From Mobula hypostoma (lineage: Eukaryota): DNA of 64,000 bases. The stretch's first letter is position 1; the number at the start of each line of letters is the position of its first letter. A program made the position numbers and the translations under genes. The stretch spans positions 10,604,001 to 10,668,000 of the forward strand of contig NC_086101.1 in NCBI RefSeq assembly GCF_963921235.1, written 5' to 3'. This document shows positions 1-12,499 of the stretch, piece by piece. The notes beneath the pieces were generated by a model, which worked only from the letters and a program-made list of their open reading frames with translations, had not been told where the DNA came from and ran no database searches.

Positions 1-1465
1 CTGGGTCTCTGAGCTAAACTCTAATATACTCTTCAGTATCAGTGACTGACACGCTCCCGTGTCTCTCCAGATCCGCACTGGAACTGGTTTTAACCCCTCC
101 TTCACTGACACCAATCCAGCCGAGATAAACTTCTCGCGCCCTTCCTGAACCTTGGCAGACCTGTCCCCTCCTAGCGGTTCGTTTACCAGCTCGATACAGC
201 CAGTCAAAATCGGCATTTTTCCTTTTCCCGTCTCCTTCTTTGGGGCAAAGCACCTGGACGCAAAGTGTCCGACTTTTCCGCAATTATAACAGACGACCCC
301 AGGAGACTTCCGACCAGACTGCTCCCGGTCTACCTTATCCTTCTCACTAGTCCCCAGCTTACTTTCTGACTTTTCTGGCGGACTCTCCCCGCCGTCCTGA
401 CTACCCTTCTGGTAGCCTTTACTCGGGGCAAACTTCATTTTATGCGTCAACGCATACTAATCCGCTAACTTAGCAGTTGCGGCTAACGTGGCTGCCTCTT
501 TCTCATCTAGGTAGGGTCTCATACCCTCAGGGACACAACCTTTAAACTGCTCAATCAGGATCAGCTGTAGCAGTCTGTCATAATCCCCCTCTACCCCCTT
601 CGAGGCGCACCAACGCTCACAACATGTCTGCATCTCATGGGCAAACTCTAAATACGTGCGGCCCCACGTGCATTCCGGAACCTCTGCCGGTATGCCTCCG
701 GGACCAACTCATAAATCCTGAGGATGGACTCTTTCACCACCTCATACCTCTGGGCATCTTCCGCGGACAAAGCTGAGTAAGCTTGTTGGGCTTTCCCTTT
801 CAGTACACTCTGAAGCAAAACAGCCCACTTATCCCTCGGCCAGTCCTGACTTGTAGCAACTTTTTCGAAATGGAGGAAGTACCGATCCACGTCGGTATCC
901 TCAAATGGGGGAACCAGCCTAACCTCCTGGGTCACCCGGAACCCTCCACCTTGGTTCGGCATGGGCCCTTATCCTTAACTTCTCCAGCTCGAATTCCCTT
1001 TCCCTCTGTTTCTCCTCTCGCTCCAACTGTCTCTCTCTCTCCTGCCTTTCTAACTCTTTCTTTCTCCTGCCTTTCTAACTGTTTCTCTTTCTCCCGCCTT
1101 TCTAACTCTCTCTCCTGCCTTTCTAACTCTCTCTCCTTCTCTTCTCGCTCCAACTGTCTGTCCCTCTCTTTCTCTTCTCACTCCAACTGCCATACCCGGA
1201 ACTCATGCTCGAGTCTCAGTTTTTCAAGCTGCACCTGTACCGCGTCTCCAGCAGGTTTTTCAATAGACACCACCCCCAGCTCGCCTTGGAGAAACACACC
1301 TTTAGATGCATAGTGCTCTACGATAGCTCTGTGTATCTCCTCTCTCCTCATTGTCGACTTCCCCTTAGCAAGATTCAACCGTTTGGCCACAGCTGCCAAT
1401 TCCGATTTCCTGGCATCCTCCAATGCCTCCAAGGTCGGCGCCTTTATAAGTTCCTCAGCCTCCAT
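1..1465 (-). pseudogene. Gypsy (Gmr1-like) gag-protease, disrupted; runs off the window start
   Basis: Hand translation on -: MEAEELIKAP..., an E/R/K coiled coil built from 21-bp repeats, capsid-like VPPFEDTDVDRYFLHFEKVA..W...KW..LLQSVLKGKAQQAY...YELVPEAYRQRFR, zinc knuckle CYNCGKVGHFASRC (291-250), and protease WRDTGACQSLI (D at 64-62). Stops at 1180-1178 and 459-457 plus frameshifts. Confidence 0.9.
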
Positions 1466-1547
1466 TTCTGCTGTTTGTCTTTTCTTTCTTTCGGGAATTT
1501 TGACCCAATCAATTTACTCCGTCCCAAATTTAGCGTTCAAAATTGCA

Positions 1548-1560
1548 GACGAGAACCCCA
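1548..1560 (-). promoter_or_regulatory. Primer-binding site, tRNA-Pro-like
   Basis: TGGGGTTCTCGTC lies 4 nt after the LTR end (..TAACA). It resembles the complement of the tRNA-Pro 3' end (TGGGGGCTCGTCC). Confidence 0.65.
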
Positions 1561-1564
1561 CTTA

Positions 1565-3327
1565 TGTTACATACCCCGTAGCAGGAATGGATCACTCAGT
1601 TGGAGTCTGGATTACTAGAACTAAGAAAGTTTTATTAAAGAAACAAGCAACACAGTACTCTAAACACAAGGATAATGAATGCAACAGTTCAGCAATGATA
1701 AACATACATGTACACAGAATTAAGATAACAGGATCAATCAAGCTCTATCGTTGTCTAGGGGTAAATGACCAGTTTCAAAGTGACGCAAAGTTCAGTTCAA
1801 TTTAGTTCAGTTCAGTTCGCAGTGTTATGTACCCCGTAACTGGGTTGCCAAACCAGCAGAAATGGATCACTCAGTTGGAGTCTGGATTACTGGAACTAAG
1901 GAAGTTTTATTAAAGAAACAAGCAATACAGTACTCTAATCAAAAGGATAATAAATGCAACAGTTCAGCAATGATAAACACACATGTACACAGAATTAAGA
2001 TAACAGGGTCAATCAAGCCCTATCGTTGTCTAGGGGTAAATGACCAGTTTCAAAGTGACGCAAAGTTCAGTTCAATTTAGTTCAGTTCAGTTCACAGTAA
2101 TCGCTGCCGTGGGAGATGGACAGTGGGGGGAAGGAGAGAGAGAGCAAAACGAATGAATATTCAAAACAGCTTCCACACAGACCTTCGCAGTCAGCTTTCG
2201 GGCGAGTCCTTTGTGATGTCATCTGAGGTCACTGACCATGACCCCTCCGTTTCCAGATGCGGTCGATCCTCTGCAGTGAACCTGGCACCCAGGCAAGGGT
2301 GGACACACACCAGGTTCCCGCCGATCGTGCCTTTCCACCCTGTGCGTCTATGGCCCGGTCCCGCAACCGGCCTTCCAAAACTTCCCACCGACTTGTGAGA
2401 GACGCACCGCTTCCAGGGTCTCGTTACCTCGGGTGTCGTGTGTGTCTTGCCTTAGCAAACCTGTCCCTTTTTATCCCCCTGCTGGGGTATCGCCTGTCCA
2501 TCACTTCAAACAGTTCAGGGTTCAAAGGGGGAGCCGATCTTGACAGCTCTCCTTCCCGTCCCTTCATTAACATCTCCAAATGCTGCTCCATTGTTTTCCT
2601 TATCTCTCTCTCTCCTGAAGACAGGTGGCAGACCAACTGCTGATCCCACTGGTGCCAGCACAGGACAGCGAACATGTTAATTTATGTGTATTCTCGTCAC
2701 AGCAGTAATCGCTGCCGTGAGAGATGGACAGTGGGGGGGAAGGAGAGAGAGAGAGCAAAACGAATGAATATTCAAAACGGCTTCCACACAGACCTTCGCA
2801 GTCAGCTTTCGGGCAAGTCCTTTGTGATGTCATCTGAGGTCACCGACCGTGACCCCCTCCGTTTCCCAATACGATCGTTTCTCTGTGGTGAACCTGGCAC
2901 CCAGACAAGGGTGGACAAACACCAGGTTCCCGCCGATCGTGCCTTTCCACCCTGAGCGTCTATGGCTTGATCCTGCGATCAGCCATCCAAAAAACTTCCC
3001 ACCGGCTTGCGGGAGACGCACCGCTTCCAGGGTCTCGTTACCTCGGGGTGTCGTGTGTGTCTTGTCTTAGCGAACCTGTCCCTTTTTATCCCCCTGCTGG
3101 GGTATCGCCTGTCCATCACCTCAAACAGTTCAAGGTTCAAAGGGGGAGCCGATCTGACAGCTCTCCTTCCGTTACTCTCTCCCGTCCCTTCATTAACATC
3201 TCCAAATGCTGCTCCATTGTTTTCCTTATCTCTCTCTCTCCTGAAGACAGGTGGCAGACCAACTGCTGATCCCACTGGTGCCAGCACAGGACAGCTAACA
3301 TCTTAATCTATGTGTATTCTCGTCACA
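1565..3327 (-). mobile_element. 5' LTR of the Gypsy element (1565-1822 plus 2706-3327, about 880 bp), split by a nested LTR
   Basis: TGTTAC...GTCACA termini, next to the PBS and gag. The two halves together align end to end with 1823-2701. Confidence 0.9.
1823..2701 (-). mobile_element. Solo LTR of the same family nested in the 5' LTR
   Basis: TGTTAT...GTCACA, 879 bp, flanked by the 4-bp direct repeat GCAG (1819-1822 and 2702-2705). Confidence 0.9.
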
Positions 3328-3934
3328 ATACAAATTCTTCAGTCTAACCCTGACATGCACGACCCTGGTGCTCGCCCAGCTAATCCCAATTTCCTGCATT
3401 CGGCCCATATCCCTCAAGATCTGCCCCTCCACCTACTGTCCAAGTGCTTTTTCAATGGCATTGTTACCTGCCCCAAACACTCCCCCTGGCAGCTCGTTCC
3501 ATCCCAGTCCTGTATGGCCAGCCCCTGATGTGGGCACAGCCGGAGGAAACAACCACCCCATCTTTACTCTGTTAAGCCCCATCCAAAACTCATGCACTTC
3601 AATAAGATCTCCTGAACTGAAGAACATGGACCCCATTTGCTAAATCTCTCCTCAAACTTGCCAAGCCCGTCGCCAGCACAGCTCGGCCTCAAAGTCACCT
3701 ACACTCAGCGGCCACTTTATTAGGTACCCCTGCTCATGTGGCAGCAGCTCAATGTGTAAAAGCATGCAGGAGTGGCCAGAAACAGGTTTAATGCCACCAA
3801 CACACGTCAGGAGATTTGTTAACTTTACAGCAGTACAGTAAAATACATGATAAATAGAGAAAAACTATTGTGGTATGTATATCTGTATACACATACACAC
3901 ATATCAATTAGTGCCATGAAATAACAGACAGTAC

Positions 3935-4362
3935 AGTTGCCTGGATTGGGGAGCATGCCTTGTGAAAATAGGTTGAGTGAACTCAGCCTTTTCTCCTTGG
4001 AGCGACGGAGGATGAGAGGAGACCTGACAGGGTGTTCAAGATGATGAGAGGCATTGATCGTGTGGATAGTCAGGGCTGAAATGGTTGCCACAAGACGACA
4101 CAGGTTTTAAGTGCTGGGGAGTAGGTATGGAGGAGATGTCAGGGGTAAGTTTTTGACTCAGAGAGTGGTGAGTGCGTGGAATGGGCTGCCGGTAACGGTG
4201 GTGGAGGCGGATACGATAGGGTCTTTTAAAAGACTTTTGGATAGGTACATGGAGCTTAAAAAAATAGAGGGCTATGGGTAACCCCAGTAATTTCTAAGGT
4301 AGGGACATGTTCGGCTCAACTTTGTGGGCCAAAGGGCCTGTATTGTGATGTAGGTTTTCTAT
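3935..4362 (+). mobile_element. CR1 LINE 3' fragment
   Basis: Encodes LFSLERRRMRGDL and FLTQRVVSAWNGLP-type C-terminal motifs, followed by the CR1 3' UTR and TTCTATG tail. Confidence 0.85.
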
Positions 4363-4367
4363 GCATA

Positions 4368-4842
4368 TGGTTCAAGGAATTATATTTATGAATCTTAACT
4401 AAAGGTTTGGTGAAGAATAACAAAAAGGGCCCATTTTAATTAAACTGTCAAATGTGCTGAAGCTGGAGTTCATCTTGAACTTTTCTGTCACTCACACGCT
4501 GGGCCCTCAGTCAGCGTGAATGCACACAACACCTTCTGACTGTCGCTCGCAATCCATCTCAAACCAGTGGGTCTCCCAGCAGATTGTACGCTACAACCGG
4601 TTCTCCCCAGTGTCTTCTCTCTCCATCTCCCACCAAACAAAAAACCCAAGCCCAACCTTAGCGTTCCTCACTAGAGAAACCTTCCCAACAATTCGACCAT
4701 CCTAAATGGATGGCACACATTTCTCCTCATCTCTTATCTTCAACAATAACCCAAACAAGCTGAAAACAGAACAGGCTGTCCTGACAGAACTGCCAAAATG
4801 AAACACATACAGAACAGTAAAAATATGAACCAGGGCATTACA
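4368..4842 (-). mobile_element. Probable LTR fragment
   Basis: Begins TGTAATGCCCTGG on - and is non-coding. The other terminus and a TSD were not found. Confidence 0.35.
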
Positions 4843-6409
4843 TATATATGTCCATTAAATAGTTCAGTTAAAATCAGTAGCCCAAAACAAAAACAGAAAT
4901 TTAAAAGGTGGTGAGGTAGTGTTCATGAGTTCAATCCATTTAGAAATCGTATAGCAGAGTTGAAGAAACTGTTCCTGAATAACTGAGTGTGTGCCTTCAG
5001 GGCTCCATACCCCCTGCCTGATGGTAACAATGGGAAGAAGGCATGTCCTGGGTACAGCGCCAAGGGAGTGATGGTCAAGAGGTTCAGTTGCTGTTCAGAT
5101 CAGTCATCAGAATAGAGAAGAAATGTGATCTAAGTGACTTTGACCTTGGAGTGCATGTCAGTGCCAGATGGGGTGTTTGTGCATCTCAGAAACTGCTGAT
5201 CTCCAGGGGTGTTCACGCACAACAGTCTCTAGGTTTTACAGAAAATGGTGTAAAAAAAATCCAGAGTGGCCATCATGTGGGCAAAAACACTTTATTAATG
5301 AGAGAGGTCAGACTGGTTTAAGTTTACAGGAAGGCGATAGTAACTCAAATAACCACACATTACAAAAACAGTGATGTGCAGAAGAGCATCCTTGAACGCA
5401 TATGTTGACCCTTGAAGACCACAAACATACATTCAGTGGCCACTTTATTAGAGGCAGCAAATAAAGTGGCCATTTAGTGTATTCATGCACCATTAGTTAT
5501 GGTCCTTCACTGCAGCACATGAGCAACACACACTCACACTCTGTTGGAGGAGCTCAGCAGCGATGGAGAGGAATACGCAGTCTATGCTTTGGGCCAAAAC
5601 CATTTCCTGCAACATCATCTTTTCTCCCCCTTTCCAGACTTGCTACCTGAACTGTTGAGTTCAACCAAAAAGCACTGCAGGACCGCACGGTACACTGTTG
5701 GTAGACAACTATTGGATCAGGAAACCATCTGCACTTCACAATGTCTATGGCGGGCTTGTAAATTCGTGACAGACTCATCTGACCACAGCAATCACCTATT
5801 CAATCTCCTGTTGCCCAGCAGGAGATACAGAAACATCCGCACACAGACATCCAGACTGAGAAACACATGTTCCCCAGGGTTGTCGTGCAACTGAACAATG
5901 CACCCCACCCACCCACAGCCCATAGGTACCATGGACACCTCCAAGTGCAACACATGGGCATAATTATTCATACTATATTTTATGTACAATCATTGTATTT
6001 TATAACACTAATGTGCAACACTTGTCTGGGGCAGCCCGTATTTTTTTTAATTTTAAGAGTTTTTGTTTTTAATTCAGTTATAATTTAGGTGTCACTCTAA
6101 GTAACTCAGAGATTACTTTAAAATTTAAATGCTGTCATTGTGTTTTAGTCATTGAATTGCCAGTGTGCAGTTTTGCTCGGAATGGAGCAGCATTGCAATC
6201 TCGTCCTCAGCAATGACAATAAAACTCTAACCCAGTCCCTCCCGCATTTTGTGTGTGTTGCCTGGATTTGCAGCATTTGCAGAAACACTTGTGTTTCTTC
6301 TGTAGCATATGATATGCGCCTGCATTTATCACGAGTTCTTTGGTCACCAAGATATGCAGATATATCAGAATTATCTGGTCGCGACTCTCTAACCAACAGC
6401 CATGTTGTT

Positions 6410-7227
6410 CAGAATACGAGAGGAGATCTCATCCCACAACCATCTGACTCTCTCTACACCCATATCTGTGTGGCTAGGCACAGTTCAAATCCCATCTATA
6501 AATTTGCTGATGATACAACTATTGTCAGCAGAACATCAGATGGTGGTGAGGAGACATATTGGAGAGAGACAGATCAGCTGGTAGAGTGGAGTCACAGCAA
6601 CAAACTTGCACTCCACATCAGTGAGACCAAAGAATTGATTGTGGACTTCAGAAAGAGTCAGACGAGGGAACACAGTCCTCATCGAGAGATCAGAAATGGA
6701 AAGGTGAGAAATTTCAAGTTCCTGGAGGTCAGCATCTCCAAGGATCTCCTCTGGCCCCAAAAATATGGCGGGGGGGTTGGGGTGTGCAAGGCACAGGCTC
6801 AAAATAAGCTGCTGGAAGTTGGAAACTCAGTCAGCTCCATCATGGGCACCAGCCTCCGTAGCATCCAGGACATCCTCTGGAGCAATGCCTCAAAAAGGTG
6901 GCATCCTTCATGAAAGACCTCCATCACCCAGGACATGCCTTCTTCTCATTGCTGCCGTCAGCATGGAGGTACAGGAGCCTGAACACACAAGCTCAATGAT
7001 TCAGGAACAGCTTCTTCCCCTCTGCCATCAGAATTGTGAATGGGCAATGAACCCATCAACATAAACTCACTACTATTCTTTTCTTTTTGCACTACTCATT
7101 TAATTTAACTTTTAAAATGTATTTACATATACTTCTTACTATAATTTACAGTTTTCATTACATATTGCAATGGACTGTTGCACAACAAACTTCACTTCAT
7201 AAGACAGTGATTTTAAACCTGATTCTG
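6410..7227 (+). mobile_element. Rex-Babar LINE, decayed RT and 3' end
   Basis: IYKFADDTTIV...LVEWSHSNKLALH..TKELIVDFRK, with tail AAACCTGATTCTGA. Confidence 0.85.
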
Positions 7228-7284
7228 AACTGAACAGTCATTCCTACTAACACCTTATTTTATTTGCTCCAATAACCCATCGAA

Positions 7285-9830
7285 GTTCAAAGTAAACTTA
7301 TTATCAAAGTACGTATACGTCACCGTGTACAACCCTGGGATTCATTTTCTTGCGGGTGTACTCAATAAATCCAATAACCATAATGGACTCAATGAAAGAC
7401 AGCACCCAACAGGATGGACAAACAACCCACATGCAGAAGTCAACACACTGCACAAATACAAAAACAAACAATAAATATTGAGAACATGGGATGAAGAGAC
7501 CTTGAAAGTGAGTTTATAGCTTGTGGGAACAGTTCAATGATGGGGCGAGTAAAGTCATCATCTCTGGTTGAAGAGCCTGCTGGTTGAGGGGCAAGAACTG
7601 TTCCTGAACCTGGTGGTGTGGGTCCTGAGGGTCCTGTACCTTTTTCCTGATGGCAGCAGTGAGAAGAGAGCATGGCCTGGACAATGCTCCTCAGACAGTG
7701 ATAGAGGGACCAGGTTATTGAGGAGGTTGTATAGGATAGGACTTTATAGTTTGGAGCATAGGTGATCGTACGGAGCTGTATAAAATCATGAAGCATATAG
7801 ACAGGGTGAATGAAAACAGTTCTTTTCCGAAGATTAGGAAATGAAGAACTGGAGGGTACAGGTTTAAGGTGAGAGGGAAATGATTTAATAGGAACACGAT
7901 GGAGGGGGGTGCGGAGGGGGTAGTCCGTATATAGAATGAACCATTACAGAAAATGTTTGAGGAGGACACAACATTAACAGTGGCGAGAGTACACGGAGGA
8001 GACAGAGAGCTGAGTGATATGGTGGCACGGATCTTTCCCCCAAAGTCAGCAAAATTTAAGAGCTAATCATTGACTGAAGGAATTTGGGGGGTGGGGGGGT
8101 GGGTGTTGTGAGATGGTGCATGTCCTACTATTTGCAGCGTGTTACAGAGGTCGAGTTCATAGGAGTGAATATCACCAGTAGCCCGTCCTTTCTAACCACA
8201 CACACCACAGGCAAGAACGCTCATCAGTGCTTCTACTTCCTCAGGCTGCTAGTGAAATTTGGCTAGTCCCATTTCACCCCCACGCCATTTTTATAAAAGT
8301 TGATACACCAGAGAAAGCACCTTATCCAATACATTAGGGCTTGCTACAGAAACGACTCTGTCCAGTACGGCGAGGAACTGGACAGGTTTGTGGATGCTGC
8401 TCAGCACATCACGGAAAATAGCCTCTCCTCCGAGGACTCTGTCTGCAGTGAACAGAATCAAAGACCCCAACCACCCGAGACATCCGCTCTCCACCCTCTC
8501 CCACTGCTCTGAAGATACAAAATCCTGAAAGCACGTACTACCAGACCCACGGACAGCTTCTATCCCTCTGTTATAACTGAACAGTCCCCGAGAACGATAA
8601 CTAACTTACTGCCGGTTACGCTGCTGGAGTTTCAGGGCAGCAATGAAGGTCGTCCATCTCCGGCTGTGTCCAGGGCTTCCTTCATCAGGCCAGCAGCTTC
8701 CTCCTGGTTTTCACTACAGTCAGCCCTGCGATCCCGGGTGGAGACTCAGGAATACCGTCACACACAAAGTAGGATTCTTCATTGTTGTTTTCATAACTTC
8801 TGTTTGACAGTCAGGGTTATTAGCCGAACCCCACCACCCCTGCCCCCTGAACTTGGAAGGCCGGTGGATCCCTCTTAGTCTGACCTCTACCCTTTGACCT
8901 GTTTGGCATGGGTAACCCTTCCAAGAGCCAAAGCACAAAGCCCTGACTCCAGCCAACATAGCTCTCCGGGTCACTGAGGCACACCGGCCTCCAAACCACG
9001 ACAAGGCTGTGGTCCTCTCGGAGGCTAGCATGATAAGATCTAGTCTTAACCTCATGATCTATCTTGTTATGGCCTTCCACCTTATTGTCTGCCTGCACTA
9101 CACTTTATTCTGCATTCTGTTAACCGCTTCTCCCTTGTAACAGCGATGCACCGATGTGATGACATTATCTATACAGATGGTTTACAAAACAAAGGCTTTC
9201 ACTTTGCCTCAGAGGCAATAATAAACCATGTACAATGTAGGCCACCAAACCACTTGCCTTCTCAATGCTGAGAAGCCGGTGTACAGAGATCCCCTGGTCC
9301 TGCAGAACACCGATGTGGTTGTATCGCGGCCTGGTCTGGAAACACCAATGCCTACGAACAGACAAGTCTACAGAAAGTGGAGGACGCAGCCCAGACCATC
9401 AGAGGAACAGCTCTCCCCACCACCACTGAGCACATCTACCAGGAGCACTGCCGCAAGAAAGCAGCATCAATGACGCCCCCCCCCCCCCTCCCACCATCCA
9501 GGCCATGCTCTCTTCTTGCTAGACGTATAAAATCCTTCAGCCCCACACCACCAGGTTCATCAACAATTATCACCCTACACCCATCAAGCTCCTGAATGAG
9601 TGTTGATAACTTCACTCACCTCAACACTGAACTGACTCCACAACCTATGCACTCTACAACTCAGTATTATTTATTTTTTTTTAACCAGCATGATTTCTCT
9701 TCTCAATGTTGGTTGTTCATCAGTCTTTATTTATAGTTTTTCTTAAATTTTACTGTATTTCTTCTTTCCTGTAAAAGCCTGCAGGAAAATGAATCTTAAG
9801 GTAGTACATGGTCTCAGACTTTGAACTTTG
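7285..9830. mobile_element. Patchwork of Rex-Babar 3' fragments (both strands) and one CR1 fragment (about 7700-7990)
   Basis: Repeated HPGHALFSLLPSGRRYRS-like remnants, TTCAAAG/TTTGAAC tails, and the CR1 motif RIGLYSLEHR. Confidence 0.7.
8602..9025 (-). mobile_element. Short non-autonomous RTE-like element, copy 1
   Basis: Reverse-complement homolog of 12604-13018, with an RTE-type 5' leader CCTTGTCGTGGTTTGGAGG and a TAAG-like tail. Confidence 0.75.
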
Positions 9831-10057
9831 ACATCGTTCACTCGCTCATCAGTTTAAAAATATTTCTCATTTCTATCACATTCCGTCTGCCATATGGGAA
9901 GGATGGCAGAGTGGAGACAGGTCTCTACCAAAGGAGGTGTAAGGTGCTCCTTCCTTCCGCCAGCCTGCAGGTCACCCTCGGCCAAGGTGCAGCACCTGCT
10001 TAGCCCCCTGATCAGGGTCACCTGAAGCCATGAGAGCAGGTGGTGGATGGTCGAGGC

Positions 10058-10152
10058 CCAGAAATTTACCATCTCTTCACAACGCAGGGTAGATTTTATC
10101 CAGGTCCAGAAATTTACCATCTCTTCACAGCCCAGGGCAGATTTTATCCAGG
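10058..10152. repeat. Tandem duplication, 2 x 48 bp
   Basis: CCAGAAATTTACCATCTCTTCACA..CAGGG.AGATTTTATCCAGG occurs twice in direct succession. Confidence 0.9.
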
Positions 10153-10154
10153 AA

Positions 10155-12480
10155 GGTAAAGCCATGAGGTCCTGAAGGTAGAAAGCTGAGATGCAGGACC
10201 TCCAGGGCAGTACTTTTGCGATTGCTACCTATGCCATGATGGTAGAAACAGGTCGATTTGCAGACGAATGCGTGGCTGAGAAGCTGGTGCAGGGAGCAGG
10301 GCATCATGTTCTTGGGTTACTGGGATCTCTTCTAGGGTAGGTATGACCTGTTCAAAAGGGACGGGTTGCAGCTGAACCCGAGGGGGACCAATATTCTCGC
10401 AGGCAGGTTTGTTAGAGCTGTTCGGGAGGGTTTAAACTAATTTGGTACCGGGGTGGGAACTGGACTGAAGGGACTCAAGATAGGACGGATGGTAAGAAAG
10501 CAAAGATAGCATGCAGTCAGACTGTTAGGAAGGGCAGGCAGATGATAGGACATAATTGCAGCCAGCAGGGTGAGTACCAGTGCATTAAGAATGCAGAATC
10601 AAAAAGGGTAGTAAATACAGTACTCAGAGTGTTATATTTCAATGCACAGAGGATAAGAAATCAGCTGGATGATCTTGTTGCACTGTTACAGATTGTCAGG
10701 TATCATGGTTTCATGTTGTGGCCATCACTGAATCGTGACTGAAGGATAGTTTAGTTGGGAGCTAAATCTCCAAGGTTACATGTTGCATTGGAAGGACAGG
10801 AAGGTAGGCAGAGAGGGTAGCATGCCTCTGCTGGTAAAGAATGGCATCAAATCAGTAGAAACATATGACAGAGGATCAGATGTTAGAACATGGAAATTTA
10901 CAGCACATTACAGGCCCTTCGGCCCACAACGCTGTGCTGACCATGTAACCTACTCTGGAGACTGTCTGGAATTTCCCTAGTGCATAGCCCTAGGGTTGAT
11001 TGAAACAACTGCAAGGGTAAAAGGACCCTGATGGCAGTTACATACAGGCCTCCCAACAGTAGGTGGGATGTGAACCACAGATTACAACAGCACATCGAAA
11101 AGACGTGTCAAAAGGGCAATGTTATGATCGTCATGGGAGATTTTAACATGCAGGTCCATTGGCAAAATCAGGTTGGAAATAGATCTCAAGAGAGTGAGTT
11201 AGTTGAATGCCTATGAGATGGCTTTTTAAGTGTAGTTTGTCGTTGAATTACTCGGGGATCAGATTTACTGGATTGGGTGTTATGTAATAAACTGGAGGAG
11301 ATTAGGGAGCTGAAGATGAAAGAGCCCTTAGGAGACAATGAAAACATGACTGGGTTCAAATTGAAATTTGATAGGGAGAAAGTAAAGTCAGACGTAGCAG
11401 TATTTCAGTGGAGTAAATAAAATTATAGTGGTATGAGAGAGGAGTTGGCCATAGTAAATTGGAAGGAGATGTTGGCCGGGATGACAGCAGAGCAGCAATG
11501 GTCTGAGTTTCTGTGAAAAATGAGGAAGGTGCAGGTTAGATGTATCCCAAAAACAAAGAAATACTCAAATGGCAAAATAATACAACCGTGGCTGCCAAGG
11601 GAAGTCAAAGCTAATGTAAAAGAAAAAGAGAGGGCATACACCAAAGCAAAAATTAGCAGGAAGACACAGGATTGGGAAGCTTTTAAAAGACCTACAGAGA
11701 GTGACTAAAAGAATCAGAAGGGAAAAGACGAAATGTGAAAGCAAGCTCGTAAAAAAAGATCAAAGTGGATGGAAAAACTTCAAGTATGTAAAAAAATAAA
11801 ACGAATGAGAATGGATATAGGTCCGCTAGAAAATTAGGCCAGAAAAATACTAGCAAAGGAGGTGCAGATAACATTGAAGAAGCAGGGAGTCTGGAGAAGG
11901 ACACAAGAAAGATTGGGAGAATAGGCAAAGAAGTGGCAGCTGGAATATAGATTGGAGAAGTGCATGGTTAAGCACTTTGCAAGAAGGAATAAAGCCACAG
12001 ACTCTTTTCTAAATGGGGAGAAAATTCAAAATCAGGTGCAAAAGGACTTGGGAGTCCTTGTGCAGAATTCCCAAAAGGTTAACTTGTAGGTTGAGACGTT
12101 GGTAAAGAAGGAAAACACAATCTTAGCATTTTTTTTTTTAAAAAAGGCCTAAAATATAAAAGCAAGGATGTAATGTTGATGCTTTATAAAAGGCACTGGT
12201 GAGGCGTCACTCGGAGTTTTGGGCCCCTTACATGATAAAAGATGAGCTGGCATTGGAAAGGCTCCAAATGAGGTCCATGAGAAAAAATTCTGGGACTGAA
12301 AAGGTTACCATATGAGGTACATTTGACGGCCCTGGGCCTGTACTCACTGAAGTTTAGAAGAATGAAGGAGATCTCATTGAAACCTATTGAATATGGAAAG
12401 GCCTCGATAGAGTGGATGTATGGAGTATGTTTCCTGTAGTGGAGGAGTCCAGGACCAGAGGGCACTGCTTCAGAATATAG
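10155..12480 (+). mobile_element. CR1 LINE, decayed and internally deleted
   Basis: End of the esterase-like ORF1, APE motifs (LYFNAQRIRN, YRPPN, MGDFN) and 3' RT-region remnants. A short inverted CR1 tail is inserted at about 10883-10992. Confidence 0.85.
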
Positions 12481-12499
12481 GAACTTTTATGTTCCAAGG

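Larger units (their letters stand above)
3702..5479 (+). mobile_element. Non-autonomous Tc1-like DNA transposon, interrupted by later insertions
   Basis: Left TIR TA|CACTCAGCGGCCACTTTATTAG and right TIR AATAAAGTGGCCATTTAGTG|TA. Remnant N-terminal transposase HTH (KKCDLSDFD...ISETADLQGCSRTTVSRFYRKW) at about 5110-5260. Confidence 0.8.
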
